64,000 bases of DNA from Candidatus Dojkabacteria bacterium (GCA_016927655.1 JAFGMG010000001.1:34818-98817); one strand, 5' to 3'. Numbered from the stretch's first letter, positions 48,946-59,151 are shown. The notes: generated by a model not told the origin, from the sequence alone. Program-made: numbers and translations.

Positions 48946-49665
48946 ATGCCAGTAAGAGGGAAATTCATTGTCTTTGAAGGATTAAATGGCTGCGGAAAGG
49001 GCGTTGCGGTTAATTATGCAAAAGAATATTTTAATAAAAATGAAGTATATGATCTTCGTGATCATATGCGTAAATATAACAATCTTCCAGAAGCTTCAGA
49101 TCTAAAAAAGTACAAAGTTATTTTATCAGCCGAACCCACGCATAGTTGGGTGGGAGCAGCCATTAGGCAGGAAATGTTTTATGATAATGGCCGGGACTAT
49201 ACCGGGGAGAATATGTTATCCGCCTATTCTTTAGACAGGCTAATTTTATACAAGAGAGTACTTGTACCATTTAGGGAACTTGGAGGAATAGTCATTCAGG
49301 AAAGAACTATCAGTACAACGTTAATACAGCAGCCTGTGCAAGAACATAAACCAGTTGATATTGATACAATTATAAATCATCCAAATCATGAGTACATCCT
49401 AAAAAACTTACCTGATGAAATTATTATTTATAGAGTTGATCCAAAAAAAGTCGGAGAGTGGTTATTTGTAAGAGAAGAACAAGAAAATGACATTTTTGAA
49501 AAGCTCAAAATGCAGAAAAAATTTCAGAAGCGCTGGGAATCTACCTGGTTTAAAGAATTTTTTGAAAAGCGAGGAACAAAAATCAGCTATATTGATAATT
49601 TTGGAAGCTTAAATGAATTTGAACAAACCGTAGAAGAACTCTACAAGAATTTATTCCCGAAATAA
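48946..49665 (+). CDS. tmk: Thymidylate kinase (divergent)
   Basis: FIVFEGLNGCGK, EPT, YSLDR, IQER. Confidence 0.8.
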   Translation: MPVRGKFIVFEGLNGCGKGVAVNYAKEYFNKNEVYDLRDHMRKYNNLPEASDLKKYKVILSAEPTHSWVGAAIRQEMFYDNGRDYTGENMLSAYSLDRLILYKRVLVPFRELGGIVIQERTISTTLIQQPVQEHKPVDIDTIINHPNHEYILKNLPDEIIIYRVDPKKVGEWLFVREEQENDIFEKLKMQKKFQKRWESTWFKEFFEKRGTKISYIDNFGSLNEFEQTVEELYKNLFPK

Positions 49666-49674
49666 TTATAAAAC

Positions 49675-49902
49675 TCAGTTATAAACCGTCTCCATTGAAT
49701 AGCCGCAGGTTGGGCATAGAAATCCTGCTTCAAGGAAAAAGATCTGGTTGCCGCACTCCGGACAATGCGTTTTTGCCTCGACCTCTTTTGAAGGACGCAT
49801 TTCCCGCTCAAGCACCTTTATCTGCTCAGAAGCAAAGCTTCGCTGATATTTGTGCATAAAAGCCTGTTGTAACAAGTAAAACCAAGCATACACAAGAAGC
49901 AA
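49675..49902 (-). CDS. Small Zn-ribbon protein (start uncertain)
   Basis: CPECG...CPTCGYS. Confidence 0.45.
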   Translation of the reverse strand: MLLVYAWFYLLQQAFMHKYQRSFASEQIKVLEREMRPSKEVEAKTHCPECGNQIFFLEAGFLCPTCGYSMETVYN

Positions 49903-50025
49903 AGGCAGAAATAGCTAGAGTATTTATTAGAACGCTAAAACGATAAATCAATTACATCTTTTGACGGATGAGGAATAAAAAGATATCATCAGAGCACAAA
50001 GATTCTAAATCTTACCCCAAACTTT

Positions 50026-51621
50026 ATGAAATTAAAGTCGAGCTTCAATAAAGTTTTAAATATTGCATCACTCGAATCAAAGGATGCTCAAATCAAGGTG
50101 CATACTCTTCTGCAAAGCGAGAAAAATAAGCAGCCTTCCATCAATGCCTATCTTGGTGCAAGATACAGCAGATCAGCAGATTCAATAACTGATATCGCAA
50201 AAGAGATCATGGAGAGCAAGACAGATGCTGCTAAAAAACTCGAGATGATATTTCAAGGATATGGACACAAATCAGTAGGCGACATGGCAGGAATTTTTGT
50301 CTGTATAGAAAATATTCCGATGTTTCTTGCTCAAAAATTGTTTTACATGAACCCGGTACACGCAGGCCAGGAGAGATCTACCAGATACCAGAACTTTCAA
50401 GAGCCGGAATTTGCCAAAATGCCAAAAGGGACAGATCCTGAGATTGCAAAAGAATACGAGGAAATATTTAACTTGTGGATGCAAAATTACCTGGAAGTAA
50501 TGGAGCCTACAAAACAAGCTCTACAAAAGCAATTCAAGCCAGATAAGGGCGATAAAATGCAGAAAGGCGCTCTCCAGGCGAGGACTTTCGATACAGCAAG
50601 ATTCTTTCTGCCAATAGGGCTGCAAACAAGCCTAGCACTCTCAATGTCCGCAAGAAGCTGGGCAGAGCTTATCGGCTACTTGCGGGCAAGCAATCTTGGG
50701 GTCGCAAGAGAACTTGGAGAAATGCTCTATGTTCTGCTGACAGGAAACGATGAGTTGAAAAAAGAAGGCTACGTTCCGGAAGCAGATGGATTGATCAGGC
50801 ACACAGAGGCAAATCAAACTAGAAATAATTCGACGAGAGAAATACTAGAGCTTATTAGAAACAAATCCCTTCCAAAGAAAAATCTAAGCCTGCAGACTCC
50901 TCAGACCAGCAACTCAAAAGTAAATCTTGGAAATTCCGCGATTAGAGATTTCAGCAGACACTATGCTTTACTGATAAATCCTCTTGCAGATGTGGATAAA
51001 TTCAAACTTGATAATGTAACACTCAAAAAAATCGGCAGAATCCTCTCAAAATACCACAACCAGCACAATCAAATCGGGACAATCGCTCAAACCGGGGCAA
51101 TTTTAATCGAAGGTTTTGGCGACTATGGAAGTGTACTCAAAGATATCAACCGCCACAGAAGTCTGGAAAGATTTTTCCCTTTGCTTGAAGATTGGGTTGA
51201 TATTGACGCCGAACTTGGAAGAGAAGAGTCCGAGTGCTTCTTCCTTTGTGATTACCTCGAAATCAACTCGTTTGAAAAATTAAGAGCTGATTATAAAAAG
51301 CGTTTCGATCGAACATACAAAAGACTTAAGAACTGGTCTTTAAATGCAAAGGGAAAAATCTCAGAAGATCTGAGACTTGAGTATACGAGATATCTTCTTC
51401 CTCATGCACATGCCTGCAGATACAGGCTTTATGGATCGATTGATGATTGGCAGTATTTGATCCATCTTCGAATCCGTAATGGCGGACATATCTCGTATAG
51501 AAAGCTTGCCTATGACTGGCTTGTCAGATTGAGTAAGGCAGCTCCTGTATTTACAGGGATGGCGGATAAACTTGAAAAAGTAGACCATAATTCGCGGGAG
51601 CAATTCTTTGATAGATCATGA
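50026..51621 (+). CDS. thyX: FAD-dependent thymidylate synthase, tandem-domain type
   Basis: ARYSRS, YGHKSV, QERSTRY, FDTARFFLP; second half RHRS, RYLLP, LR..GH.SYR. Confidence 0.85.
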   Translation: MKLKSSFNKVLNIASLESKDAQIKVHTLLQSEKNKQPSINAYLGARYSRSADSITDIAKEIMESKTDAAKKLEMIFQGYGHKSVGDMAGIFVCIENIPMFLAQKLFYMNPVHAGQERSTRYQNFQEPEFAKMPKGTDPEIAKEYEEIFNLWMQNYLEVMEPTKQALQKQFKPDKGDKMQKGALQARTFDTARFFLPIGLQTSLALSMSARSWAELIGYLRASNLGVARELGEMLYVLLTGNDELKKEGYVPEADGLIRHTEANQTRNNSTREILELIRNKSLPKKNLSLQTPQTSNSKVNLGNSAIRDFSRHYALLINPLADVDKFKLDNVTLKKIGRILSKYHNQHNQIGTIAQTGAILIEGFGDYGSVLKDINRHRSLERFFPLLEDWVDIDAELGREESECFFLCDYLEINSFEKLRADYKKRFDRTYKRLKNWSLNAKGKISEDLRLEYTRYLLPHAHACRYRLYGSIDDWQYLIHLRIRNGGHISYRKLAYDWLVRLSKAAPVFTGMADKLEKVDHNSREQFFDRS

Positions 51622-51672
51622 GGATTAGTATATAATGGTAATGTAGTCTCTATCTGTTAGAAAAATTTACTG

Positions 51673-52203
51673 ATGAAAGGAATCATTTTATTTGCAAGTA
51701 ATACTGGAAACGTTGAGAAATTCGCCAGTCAGCTTACAGATAAACTTGACGGAAGCTTCGAAATAGTAAATATAAAAACTACCAGCCCGAATAATATAAA
51801 AATCCGTGAATTTGAAAAAGTTGTGATTGGCACCTATATGAGAAGACAGAAGGCCGATCCTGATATCATCGATTTTATTATTCGAAACAGAGATATACTC
51901 CTGGAAAAGGACGTTTACATTTTTGTTTCAGCACTTGAAGCCGGTGGCAGCTACGAAAGAGAAATAATGCTTTCTTTCCCGGACAAAATCAGAGACACTT
52001 TTGAGATTTACAATGTCGGCGCTATATTTAATTATGATGGATTGAGATACATTGAGAAGGTCATGCTCAAGAATATCGCCAGCAGGCAGGGGAAAACTAT
52101 CGAGGAACTCCAGACATTTAATGAAAAACGCCTGGATAAATTTGCAGAAATCGTAAACACCACTAAACCTCAAGATAACATTGAGAAGAAGAAAGAAGAC
52201 TGA
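51673..52203 (+). CDS. Flavodoxin-domain protein (HemG-like)
   Basis: ILFASNTGNVEKFA, VVIGT. Confidence 0.7.
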   Translation: MKGIILFASNTGNVEKFASQLTDKLDGSFEIVNIKTTSPNNIKIREFEKVVIGTYMRRQKADPDIIDFIIRNRDILLEKDVYIFVSALEAGGSYEREIMLSFPDKIRDTFEIYNVGAIFNYDGLRYIEKVMLKNIASRQGKTIEELQTFNEKRLDKFAEIVNTTKPQDNIEKKKED

Positions 52204-52220
52204 AGGTCTTTTTTTAAACC

Positions 52221-52607
52221 CTAAATTGCCTCGAAATGTTCCAATCTCAAAATTTCATTCTCATCTCCAAGTAATATTGCCACATGATCCACTCTCCAAT
52301 TTTCATCTTCTAAACTTTTTTCGAATAGAAACCTCTTGGCGATTTTCTTTATATGATATACCTGTTCACCTCCTACTGTTTGATCTAGATCAAACCAATG
52401 TGTATCTCTTCTTGTTTTGACTTCAATAAATACAATTTCCTGCTGCTCCCGGTCTCTTGCAATAATATCGATTTCTCCGCCCCATTTGCGATAATTTCTT
52501 GCTAATACCTGATAACCCTTCCTCGCGAGGTAGTCACAGCACAGCTCTTCTCCAAGATTTCCCAGAAATTTCTTTTGTTTGGTGTCCAGCATGAACAAGT
52601 CTAGCAA
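52221..52607 (-). CDS. yraN: YraN-family endonuclease-like protein
   Basis: GNLGEE..YL..GY..LARNY..GEIDII..FIEVKTR..RVD. Confidence 0.9.
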   Translation of the reverse strand: MLDLFMLDTKQKKFLGNLGEELCCDYLARKGYQVLARNYRKWGGEIDIIARDREQQEIVFIEVKTRRDTHWFDLDQTVGGEQVYHIKKIAKRFLFEKSLEDENWRVDHVAILLGDENEILRLEHFEAI

Positions 52608-52659
52608 AAAAGGATTGCCGGATTATGGAAATTTGATGGGAGTTTTGTGGAAAATCGAT

Positions 52660-53796
52660 TTATTTCCCCACTTTTTGTTCGAAATTCTCTCTTTTTCTAA
52701 TTGCCCTGTTTTCTCTAGCCTGCTTAGTCCTCTCATACATATCAATGACAAATCCTTTTATATTGAATTGAAGAAGGAATAATCCTCCAACAATTGCAAG
52801 GGCAGCATAGAGTAATTCGTCTGTTTTATCATCAATTATTGCCGTTTTCGGAAGTCCGCCGTCAACCGGGATATATGCTTCGCATCTGCATGTTGTAGTG
52901 CAGGTTTCGCCACTCAAACAGCCAGTAGGATTTGCTGCATAATCGCAGTACTCACCCGGATCAAGAGTGCCATCGCCGCACGTTTCAAGAACCTCTTCGC
53001 AAAGACAGGTTCTCGTATTGCAAGTAAATCCCTCCTCACAGTCTACACCAACCTCGCATTCCTCGTCGTCCTGGTTGATCTCGCCATCACCGCAAGTTGC
53101 TTGTGTTGTAACTGTTTTACATAGACATGTTGTAGTGTTGCATTTCTTACCAGCATAAGTACCCGTGCAGGGGATTCCGACTTCGCACTGTTCACTGGTT
53201 TGATTTATCTTGCCATCTCCGCATTTTGGCTCTGCTGGCACACACCGGCAAACACCCGTATTTACCCCACCGCCATCAGCATCGATTTGTACGCAATAGC
53301 CAGGAGAATATGCTCTATAGGTCGCTCCAGCTTGACCATCTTCATTGGCATAATTTGTCCCGTTCGAAGCATCTGTAATACAATCTGGGTAGAATGTATG
53401 ACTTGTACCAGTATATGCTCTTCTAAATTTCTTGATTTTTACACTGCTGGTACAGCCAGAGCTTAAAGAAAATGAAGTCACATCACCGCTAACTGTTGCA
53501 TAACAGGAGGTTGTTCCCTGACATTGAGACCAGCCTGCCATCCATTCATCCGTGGTATCACACCTTCCATCTGCCCAATCCCCACCGGTACAACACTTGT
53601 TGCAATCTTGAGTTTCAACACACCAGCCACATCCTGCATTACATTGTCCAGCAACAGAAGTATCTTCGGTCGTCTCCGTAGGCGTTTCCTCCTGTGTCAG
53701 TTGATATCCGAAATAAATTGCTCCAGCTCCTAGTGCAAGAGCTACAATTATCAGGATAATGGTGATTGTTTTGTTCATAGCAAGATGTCTCAACAA
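52660..53796 (-). CDS. Cys-rich repeat surface protein with LPxTA sorting-like signal
   Basis: N-terminal TM; three CGDG repeats; GGLPKTA followed by a TM helix and basic tail. Confidence 0.7.
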   Translation of the reverse strand: MLRHLAMNKTITIILIIVALALGAGAIYFGYQLTQEETPTETTEDTSVAGQCNAGCGWCVETQDCNKCCTGGDWADGRCDTTDEWMAGWSQCQGTTSCYATVSGDVTSFSLSSGCTSSVKIKKFRRAYTGTSHTFYPDCITDASNGTNYANEDGQAGATYRAYSPGYCVQIDADGGGVNTGVCRCVPAEPKCGDGKINQTSEQCEVGIPCTGTYAGKKCNTTTCLCKTVTTQATCGDGEINQDDEECEVGVDCEEGFTCNTRTCLCEEVLETCGDGTLDPGEYCDYAANPTGCLSGETCTTTCRCEAYIPVDGGLPKTAIIDDKTDELLYAALAIVGGLFLLQFNIKGFVIDMYERTKQARENRAIRKRENFEQKVGK

Positions 53797-53872
53797 AATG
53801 TATCTATAACATTTAACAGGAAATCTAAAGAAATGGCAAATGTCCGGATTTTTGTGTTAAAATTGCGACGTG

Positions 53873-53945
53873 GCGCCGGTAGCTCAATGGATAGAGCAAC
53901 AGCCTTCTAAGCTGTAGGTTACAGGTTCGAGTCCTGTTCGGCGCA
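53873..53945 (+). tRNA. tRNA-Arg(TCT)
   Basis: GCGCCGGTAGCTCAATGGATAGAGCAACAGCCTTCTAAGCTGTAGGTTACAGGTTCGAGTCCTGTTCGGCGCA. Confidence 0.95.
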
Positions 53946-53966
53946 CATATTACTGCCAAACAAAAA

Positions 53967-54737
53967 ATGAATTTACTAGCAGCGTTCGGGTTTCTGAGTT
54001 TAATAATTCAACCTCTACTTCCAATAAATCTTGGCGGCGTCCCGGTAAGAACAGAAGAAGGGCCGGTTTACGTCGAAGGAGAAATTGATGACGCAACATT
54101 AGATGCAAGACCGCCTGAAGTCCCAATAGAACTTCCCTCAATCAGCGCCGATTTCACAGAAATTACCCATGTGATAGCAGAACTTGATCTGCCCTTGCTC
54201 CAGCAGGACTTTTATTGGGGTAAATACGAGAATGGAAAAGCCGGAGCTGATGAATTGAACGACATGCCTATCCTCAAGCCGGGGGACAGAATAAGCGTCA
54301 TTGCAGACGGCTACGTTACCTTGAATCCAAAAAGAGGATACGTCCAATCTCAAGCAGGATACTACTACGGCTCCGGCCTCTGCTGGAGTATCAGTACTCT
54401 TGGAGGAACAATGGATGAAGCCAATAAAGTCTTTAAAGCAAAATATGGGATTGACTTGTTTGTTTTTAACTACGGTGATCGTTACGGACATTCTCACTAC
54501 TATCAAACATATCTTAATAGTAATCACGGTTATGGTTATACTGTGATCAAAGTCAGCTCCGGCAAAGGACAGGTGGATTATACTTTTACAATAAATCCGA
54601 AGATCAAGACAATCGAAGGCCTTGAAAACGCGGAGTTTAGAATTCAGATCCAAGCTACTGATAAACACAAAACCGCTTACAAAGGGCAGGCATTGAAGGG
54701 GATTGTGTACACAAATATCGACTCTTTATCGCAATAG
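53967..54737 (+). CDS. Exported protein with VanW-like domain
   Basis: Signal-like N-terminus; LKPGD, YGSGLCWSISTL, GHS..Y..Y, DYTFTIN. Confidence 0.55.
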   Translation: MNLLAAFGFLSLIIQPLLPINLGGVPVRTEEGPVYVEGEIDDATLDARPPEVPIELPSISADFTEITHVIAELDLPLLQQDFYWGKYENGKAGADELNDMPILKPGDRISVIADGYVTLNPKRGYVQSQAGYYYGSGLCWSISTLGGTMDEANKVFKAKYGIDLFVFNYGDRYGHSHYYQTYLNSNHGYGYTVIKVSSGKGQVDYTFTINPKIKTIEGLENAEFRIQIQATDKHKTAYKGQALKGIVYTNIDSLSQ

Positions 54738-54778
54738 AATTTCCCGATTCTCACGCTGTTTGGTATAATTACATCAGT

Positions 54779-54856
54779 GGTGGTTGTAGCTCAATTGGTT
54801 AGAGCACCGGTTTGTGGTACCGGGGGTTGTGGGTTCAAGTCCCATCTACCACCCCA
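54779..54856 (+). tRNA. tRNA-His(GTG), integration target
   Basis: G-1 GTGGTTG...CCGGT-TTGTGGT-ACCGG...GTGGGTTCAAGTCCCAT CTACCAC C CCA; G-1:C73 identity pair. Confidence 0.95.
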
Positions 54857-56305
54857 TACTGTACTATCTTCCAAATTTGCAAGTAGATTGAACGGTTCTA
54901 AGTAGTCGTAGTGCAGTTTTTTGCCATCCCATGTAACGTTCTGAAGTACAGTCTTGATTAAAAGCTGAGCTTCATGAGGTTCCGAACGTTTAAATAACTC
55001 TGCACTATGCTTAGCCAGCTCTACAATAAGGTTTGCGGTCACATAGAAGGCTCTATCGACCTTTTGTACATTGGTTAATTTCCTTTCTATTTCGTCTAGT
55101 TGAGATTGATACTGTTTGTTCTTTTTTTCATACAATTCATTAGTAATACTTTCATCATATTTATCATCTAGTAGTTTTAGCATTCTATTATTAATAGCCT
55201 CTCTTTCTGAAACCAGATGTTTTATCAGGTCTTTTGAAATACCGTAGCTAGTCTCATTTAAATCTCTTAGGTCTTTGAGTACTTTTTCTGCAGTATTTTT
55301 ATCAAGTTGGATATTCTTAAAAGCTTTGGCAAATTGGTTCTTAAGAATTTCCTCACTTACATATTGAGCTCCATGCTTTCCTCCGTATTGTGTACATCTG
55401 TAATAGTTTTTCCCTCTTTGTTCTTCTGGGCTTAATGTATAACCGCAGACAGAGCATTTTATTAATGTTCTATAATGGAACTCCTTGCCCCTATATTTTT
55501 CTTTTCCATCCCATTTTGTTCGTCCTTCTTTAATATCTTGTACTTGATTAAATAAGTGTTCAGATACTATCGTTTCGTAGATATGTGGATACTCAAGATT
55601 TTTCTTTTTGTAGGTTGCAATGCCTATATAAAACTTATCTCCAAGTATTCTACCTATCATGGATTTACCAAGTTTTATATTATAGTCTTCAAGTATTTTT
55701 GCTGATAGTTGGCTCATTGAGTAAGTTTGTGTTGCGTATAATTCATATAGCTTTGCAACAACAATAGCCTCAATAGGTACTACTTTAACTGTCTTAATGC
55801 CTTTATCTGCATCAATAGTTATATTTTTATATCCAAATGGAGCTTTAGTAAGTATTTCTCCACTTTTTACTTTTACATCTATTTTCCTTTTTACATTGTC
55901 ACTTATAGCATCCGAATAATATTGAGCGAGTAATGCCCCAAGGTTAAATTTGAATTTCTCTGTAGCATATGAGTTCTTATCAATAATCAAGTTTTCAGAT
56001 GAAAAATGTAGTACAACTTTATCATCGTCTAATAGCCTTTGTATAGGGACTATGTGCATGAAATTTCTTAGTAGTCTGTCTACCTTATCGACTACCAATG
56101 CCACTTTCTCTTTTTGTGACTCAACATGCTTAATTACTGCATCAAACTTTTCTCTTTGAGTTTTATAAGCTGATTCGTGGAAGTCAAAAACATCTTGTTC
56201 AGAATATGTGAAGTTCACTTTTTCAGCATAGTCCTTCAACTTCAACAGCTGACCATCTGTTTCTTGTTCGTCTGTTGATACTCTAGCTAAAAGAATTGCT
56301 TTCAT
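54791..56305 (-). CDS. Large serine recombinase (integrase)
   Basis: ARVSTDEQ, ESA, DRLLR, APFGY, Zn ribbon CSVC..YYRC, coiled coil; last ~21 codons are antisense tRNA-His. Confidence 0.93.
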   Translation of the reverse strand: MKAILLARVSTDEQETDGQLLKLKDYAEKVNFTYSEQDVFDFHESAYKTQREKFDAVIKHVESQKEKVALVVDKVDRLLRNFMHIVPIQRLLDDDKVVLHFSSENLIIDKNSYATEKFKFNLGALLAQYYSDAISDNVKRKIDVKVKSGEILTKAPFGYKNITIDADKGIKTVKVVPIEAIVVAKLYELYATQTYSMSQLSAKILEDYNIKLGKSMIGRILGDKFYIGIATYKKKNLEYPHIYETIVSEHLFNQVQDIKEGRTKWDGKEKYRGKEFHYRTLIKCSVCGYTLSPEEQRGKNYYRCTQYGGKHGAQYVSEEILKNQFAKAFKNIQLDKNTAEKVLKDLRDLNETSYGISKDLIKHLVSEREAINNRMLKLLDDKYDESITNELYEKKNKQYQSQLDEIERKLTNVQKVDRAFYVTANLIVELAKHSAELFKRSEPHEAQLLIKTVLQNVTWDGKKLHYDYLEPFNLLANLEDSTVWGGRWDLNPQPPVPQTGALTN

Positions 56306-56310
56306 GTTTG

Positions 56311-57261
56311 TTAATAATTTGATCCATAAGTCTTATTTGTTAGTTCTGCCATAGTCTTCGAATTCAGGATATCTTCCAACTTGTAGTATCTAGGACCATA
56401 GAGAGCTAATTGAGGGGTATCACCTAAGATTACAGGATTCTCAAGTTTTTGAATGTTTCCATCATGATGAATAATGTACTTTCCTGGTTTACCTTCAAAT
56501 GGCTCAATTTTGGTAATTTTTGCATAATATCTAATACTACTGATTGGGGCGGCTTCGTAAAGTGCAACGTATTTTAATTTATCAATATTTGATTGACCTA
56601 TCCTTACAGCCCACCAAGCATTTTTCTCTTCGAAAGCCTTTATTCTTCCCTCTCCTTTACATGGTCCTACGATTGTATCGTAAACTCTCTCAGCATTTGT
56701 CTGATGCTCTTTTACTGGCTTTTCTTCTATTGCTACATCACCTTCATCTTTAAGTGGCTCAAAAAGGTTAAAGCCCAAAGTAGAAACGAGTAGTTCAACG
56801 TCATCAAAGAAATCTAGAATTGTTTCCTGTTTAAATTCATGAAGGTTGTTTTGGTTTGGATTTGTCCTATTTTGCACTTCAAATCTTCCTATTTCGATTG
56901 CCTTCATTACTGCATATGATTCAAGGAACTTAACATCTGCTTTATCTAGGCTTCCATTCGAAGATACTACTACTACTGCCCATTGCCAAAAATCTTTATT
57001 GACCTCGTGATTTTTTATTCGGTGGATAAAATTTTCACACTCTCCGATGTAAACACTTGTTCTTTCATCATCAAATAACATATACAAAGCAGGAGATGTA
57101 AGGTCTTGTCTTGTATTTGCAAAACTAATTTGATTCCTTGGGATTACATAGACTTTAGCTGTACTAACAGATAATTCAGCGATTTTCACTCCATTAGGAT
57201 CAGAGTCTTTAAGAAAAATCTGTATTGTTTTTGCTCGTGCCATGTTTATTTTATTAATCAA
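56311..57261 (-). CDS. GIY-YIG nuclease family protein
   Basis: ALYML...VYIGECEN...RIKNH..KDFW..LDKADVKFLE. Confidence 0.8.
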   Translation of the reverse strand: MINKINMARAKTIQIFLKDSDPNGVKIAELSVSTAKVYVIPRNQISFANTRQDLTSPALYMLFDDERTSVYIGECENFIHRIKNHEVNKDFWQWAVVVVSSNGSLDKADVKFLESYAVMKAIEIGRFEVQNRTNPNQNNLHEFKQETILDFFDDVELLVSTLGFNLFEPLKDEGDVAIEEKPVKEHQTNAERVYDTIVGPCKGEGRIKAFEEKNAWWAVRIGQSNIDKLKYVALYEAAPISSIRYYAKITKIEPFEGKPGKYIIHHDGNIQKLENPVILGDTPQLALYGPRYYKLEDILNSKTMAELTNKTYGSNY

Positions 57262-57262
57262 A

Positions 57263-59149
57263 TTATGCTACCCAAAGGTTTTGACCAAATATACTCTTTA
57301 GATTCCACTTCTTTGTAGTGTCTACAGCCCGCTCTAAGCATATAAATCGCATGTCTTTCATGCCTTCCAGTATCTTTAGTGTTGAATTACTTATCGTGTC
57401 GTCTAGACACACTAGAGCTTCTTTCTCACCATCTGAAATCTTCCATATTTTGTTTTCTTTTATCTCTTCAATTAGTTCTTTATTGAAAGTAAGTTTGAAT
57501 CCATCTTTTAGAGCGATTTCATAAAGTAACTCTTCTTCTTCAAATTCAAACTTCATTTGAGACTTTGCTTTTTCTAAGTACTCCTCAAAAGCTTTCATAT
57601 TCTCATCTTCTGATTTCTCAGGATCAGGTGTAAATTGATTTTCAGGGAAGAAGCTAGGAGCCAATTTGAATACTTTAAATCCCAAATCGAGATTTTTACC
57701 ATCTTTGAGTAGTTTCCCTTCGTCTTCTTTCTTAATTTTTTCCGAAACTCTTTTAACTCTTTCAATACAGATATCTGATATTGTTTTATATCCTGCTTTG
57801 TACGCTTCACTCTTTTCATCTGTAAGTTCAGGAAGTTGTACTAGTATGTATTTTCTATTCCCACCATCTTCTTTATTTAGTTCCATTACTGCATGAGCAG
57901 TAGTTCCTGAGCCTGCAAAGAAGTCTAGAATTATATCGTCATTTTTACCATCAGAGGAAAGTTTTAATAGGTGCGATAATAGCTGGACTGGTTTGGTATA
58001 GTTGAAATAGTTATAGTTAAATATACTAAGAAAATCTAATGTAGCTGATTGTGTACTTCCTGCAATTGAGTGATCTAAAAATGAACGAGGTACGACCTTC
58101 TCCGCTTCACTAAGAAATTGCTTTTTTCTTGGGGATTTACTATTCCCGTCACTTCCCCAATAAAGCAAATTGTCCTCTAAATGCTTTTGATGTGTTTCTT
58201 TTGAATAGGCCCATACTGCAGTCTCACGTGGCCATATTTCCTCTCCTGTATTTGGATTTATAATAGGATAATACAAATTTGGTCTCTCATTTTTATTCTT
58301 ATTGCATGTATATGCAGCAGAATTCCAAGCACCTCGAGGATCATTATCGGGATTGGAATAATATGAGTTTTGTTTCGCTGTTCTTTCAAGTCGTTGTGGA
58401 TACCAGCTGTTTTTATCCTTTCCATAAACAAGTAAGTATTCATGATCACTGCTAAACCATTTTGAATCGTTTGCTGGAGAAACCCTTTTTTTCCAAACGA
58501 GCATAGCTACAAAATTTTCCTCTCCAAACACCTCATCCGTTATCTTTCTCAAATTATGGACTTCATTGTCATCAATACTCACGAATATAACTCCGTCATC
58601 TTTTAGAAGTTCTCTTGCTAAAACAAGCCTTGGATACATCATGTTTAGCCAATTGCTATGGTATCTACCTTGTGTTTCTGTGTTTGTATCTATCTTTACT
58701 CCATTTTCTGTAGTTCCACTCTTTTCCCAATATGCTTTTTTATCTTCTGAATAGTTATCTGAATATACAAAATCATTTCCAGTATTGTATGGAGGATCAA
58801 TATAAATACATTTAATCTTTCCTGAATATGACTTTTGTAAGAGCTTTAGAACCTCTAGATTGTCTCCTTCTATTATCATATTGTCTGTACTCTCAAACTC
58901 TATACTTCGCTCCTTGTCAGGCGTTAGATTCGCTCTGCTAGGCTTGTAGGCATTCCTTTTAGCAGATATTTTACCTGCCCAATTAAATTCATATTTACCT
59001 GTTGCAAGACTTGGATAGTTTTTACTCAAAAGTTCAAGCTCTTTGATGTCTAAAACCCCGTCTTCATTGAATAATTGAGGCATAGCACTTTGGAGTGCTT
59101 TAAGCTTTTCTTCTTGTAAATCGAGTGACTGTTTGTTGATTTTGTTCAT
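57263..59149 (-). CDS. mod: Type III R-M N6-adenine methyltransferase (Mod)
   Basis: IEGDNLEVLKLL, IYIDPPYNTG, HSNWLNMMYPRL, LDFFAGSGTT. Confidence 0.95.
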   Translation of the reverse strand: MNKINKQSLDLQEEKLKALQSAMPQLFNEDGVLDIKELELLSKNYPSLATGKYEFNWAGKISAKRNAYKPSRANLTPDKERSIEFESTDNMIIEGDNLEVLKLLQKSYSGKIKCIYIDPPYNTGNDFVYSDNYSEDKKAYWEKSGTTENGVKIDTNTETQGRYHSNWLNMMYPRLVLARELLKDDGVIFVSIDDNEVHNLRKITDEVFGEENFVAMLVWKKRVSPANDSKWFSSDHEYLLVYGKDKNSWYPQRLERTAKQNSYYSNPDNDPRGAWNSAAYTCNKNKNERPNLYYPIINPNTGEEIWPRETAVWAYSKETHQKHLEDNLLYWGSDGNSKSPRKKQFLSEAEKVVPRSFLDHSIAGSTQSATLDFLSIFNYNYFNYTKPVQLLSHLLKLSSDGKNDDIILDFFAGSGTTAHAVMELNKEDGGNRKYILVQLPELTDEKSEAYKAGYKTISDICIERVKRVSEKIKKEDEGKLLKDGKNLDLGFKVFKLAPSFFPENQFTPDPEKSEDENMKAFEEYLEKAKSQMKFEFEEEELLYEIALKDGFKLTFNKELIEEIKENKIWKISDGEKEALVCLDDTISNSTLKILEGMKDMRFICLERAVDTTKKWNLKSIFGQNLWVA

Positions 59150-59151
59150 AT

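Noticed and set aside
53873-54778. Cassette or island inserted at tRNA-Arg
   Set aside because: No duplicated tRNA-Arg 3' fragment found after the VanW-like gene
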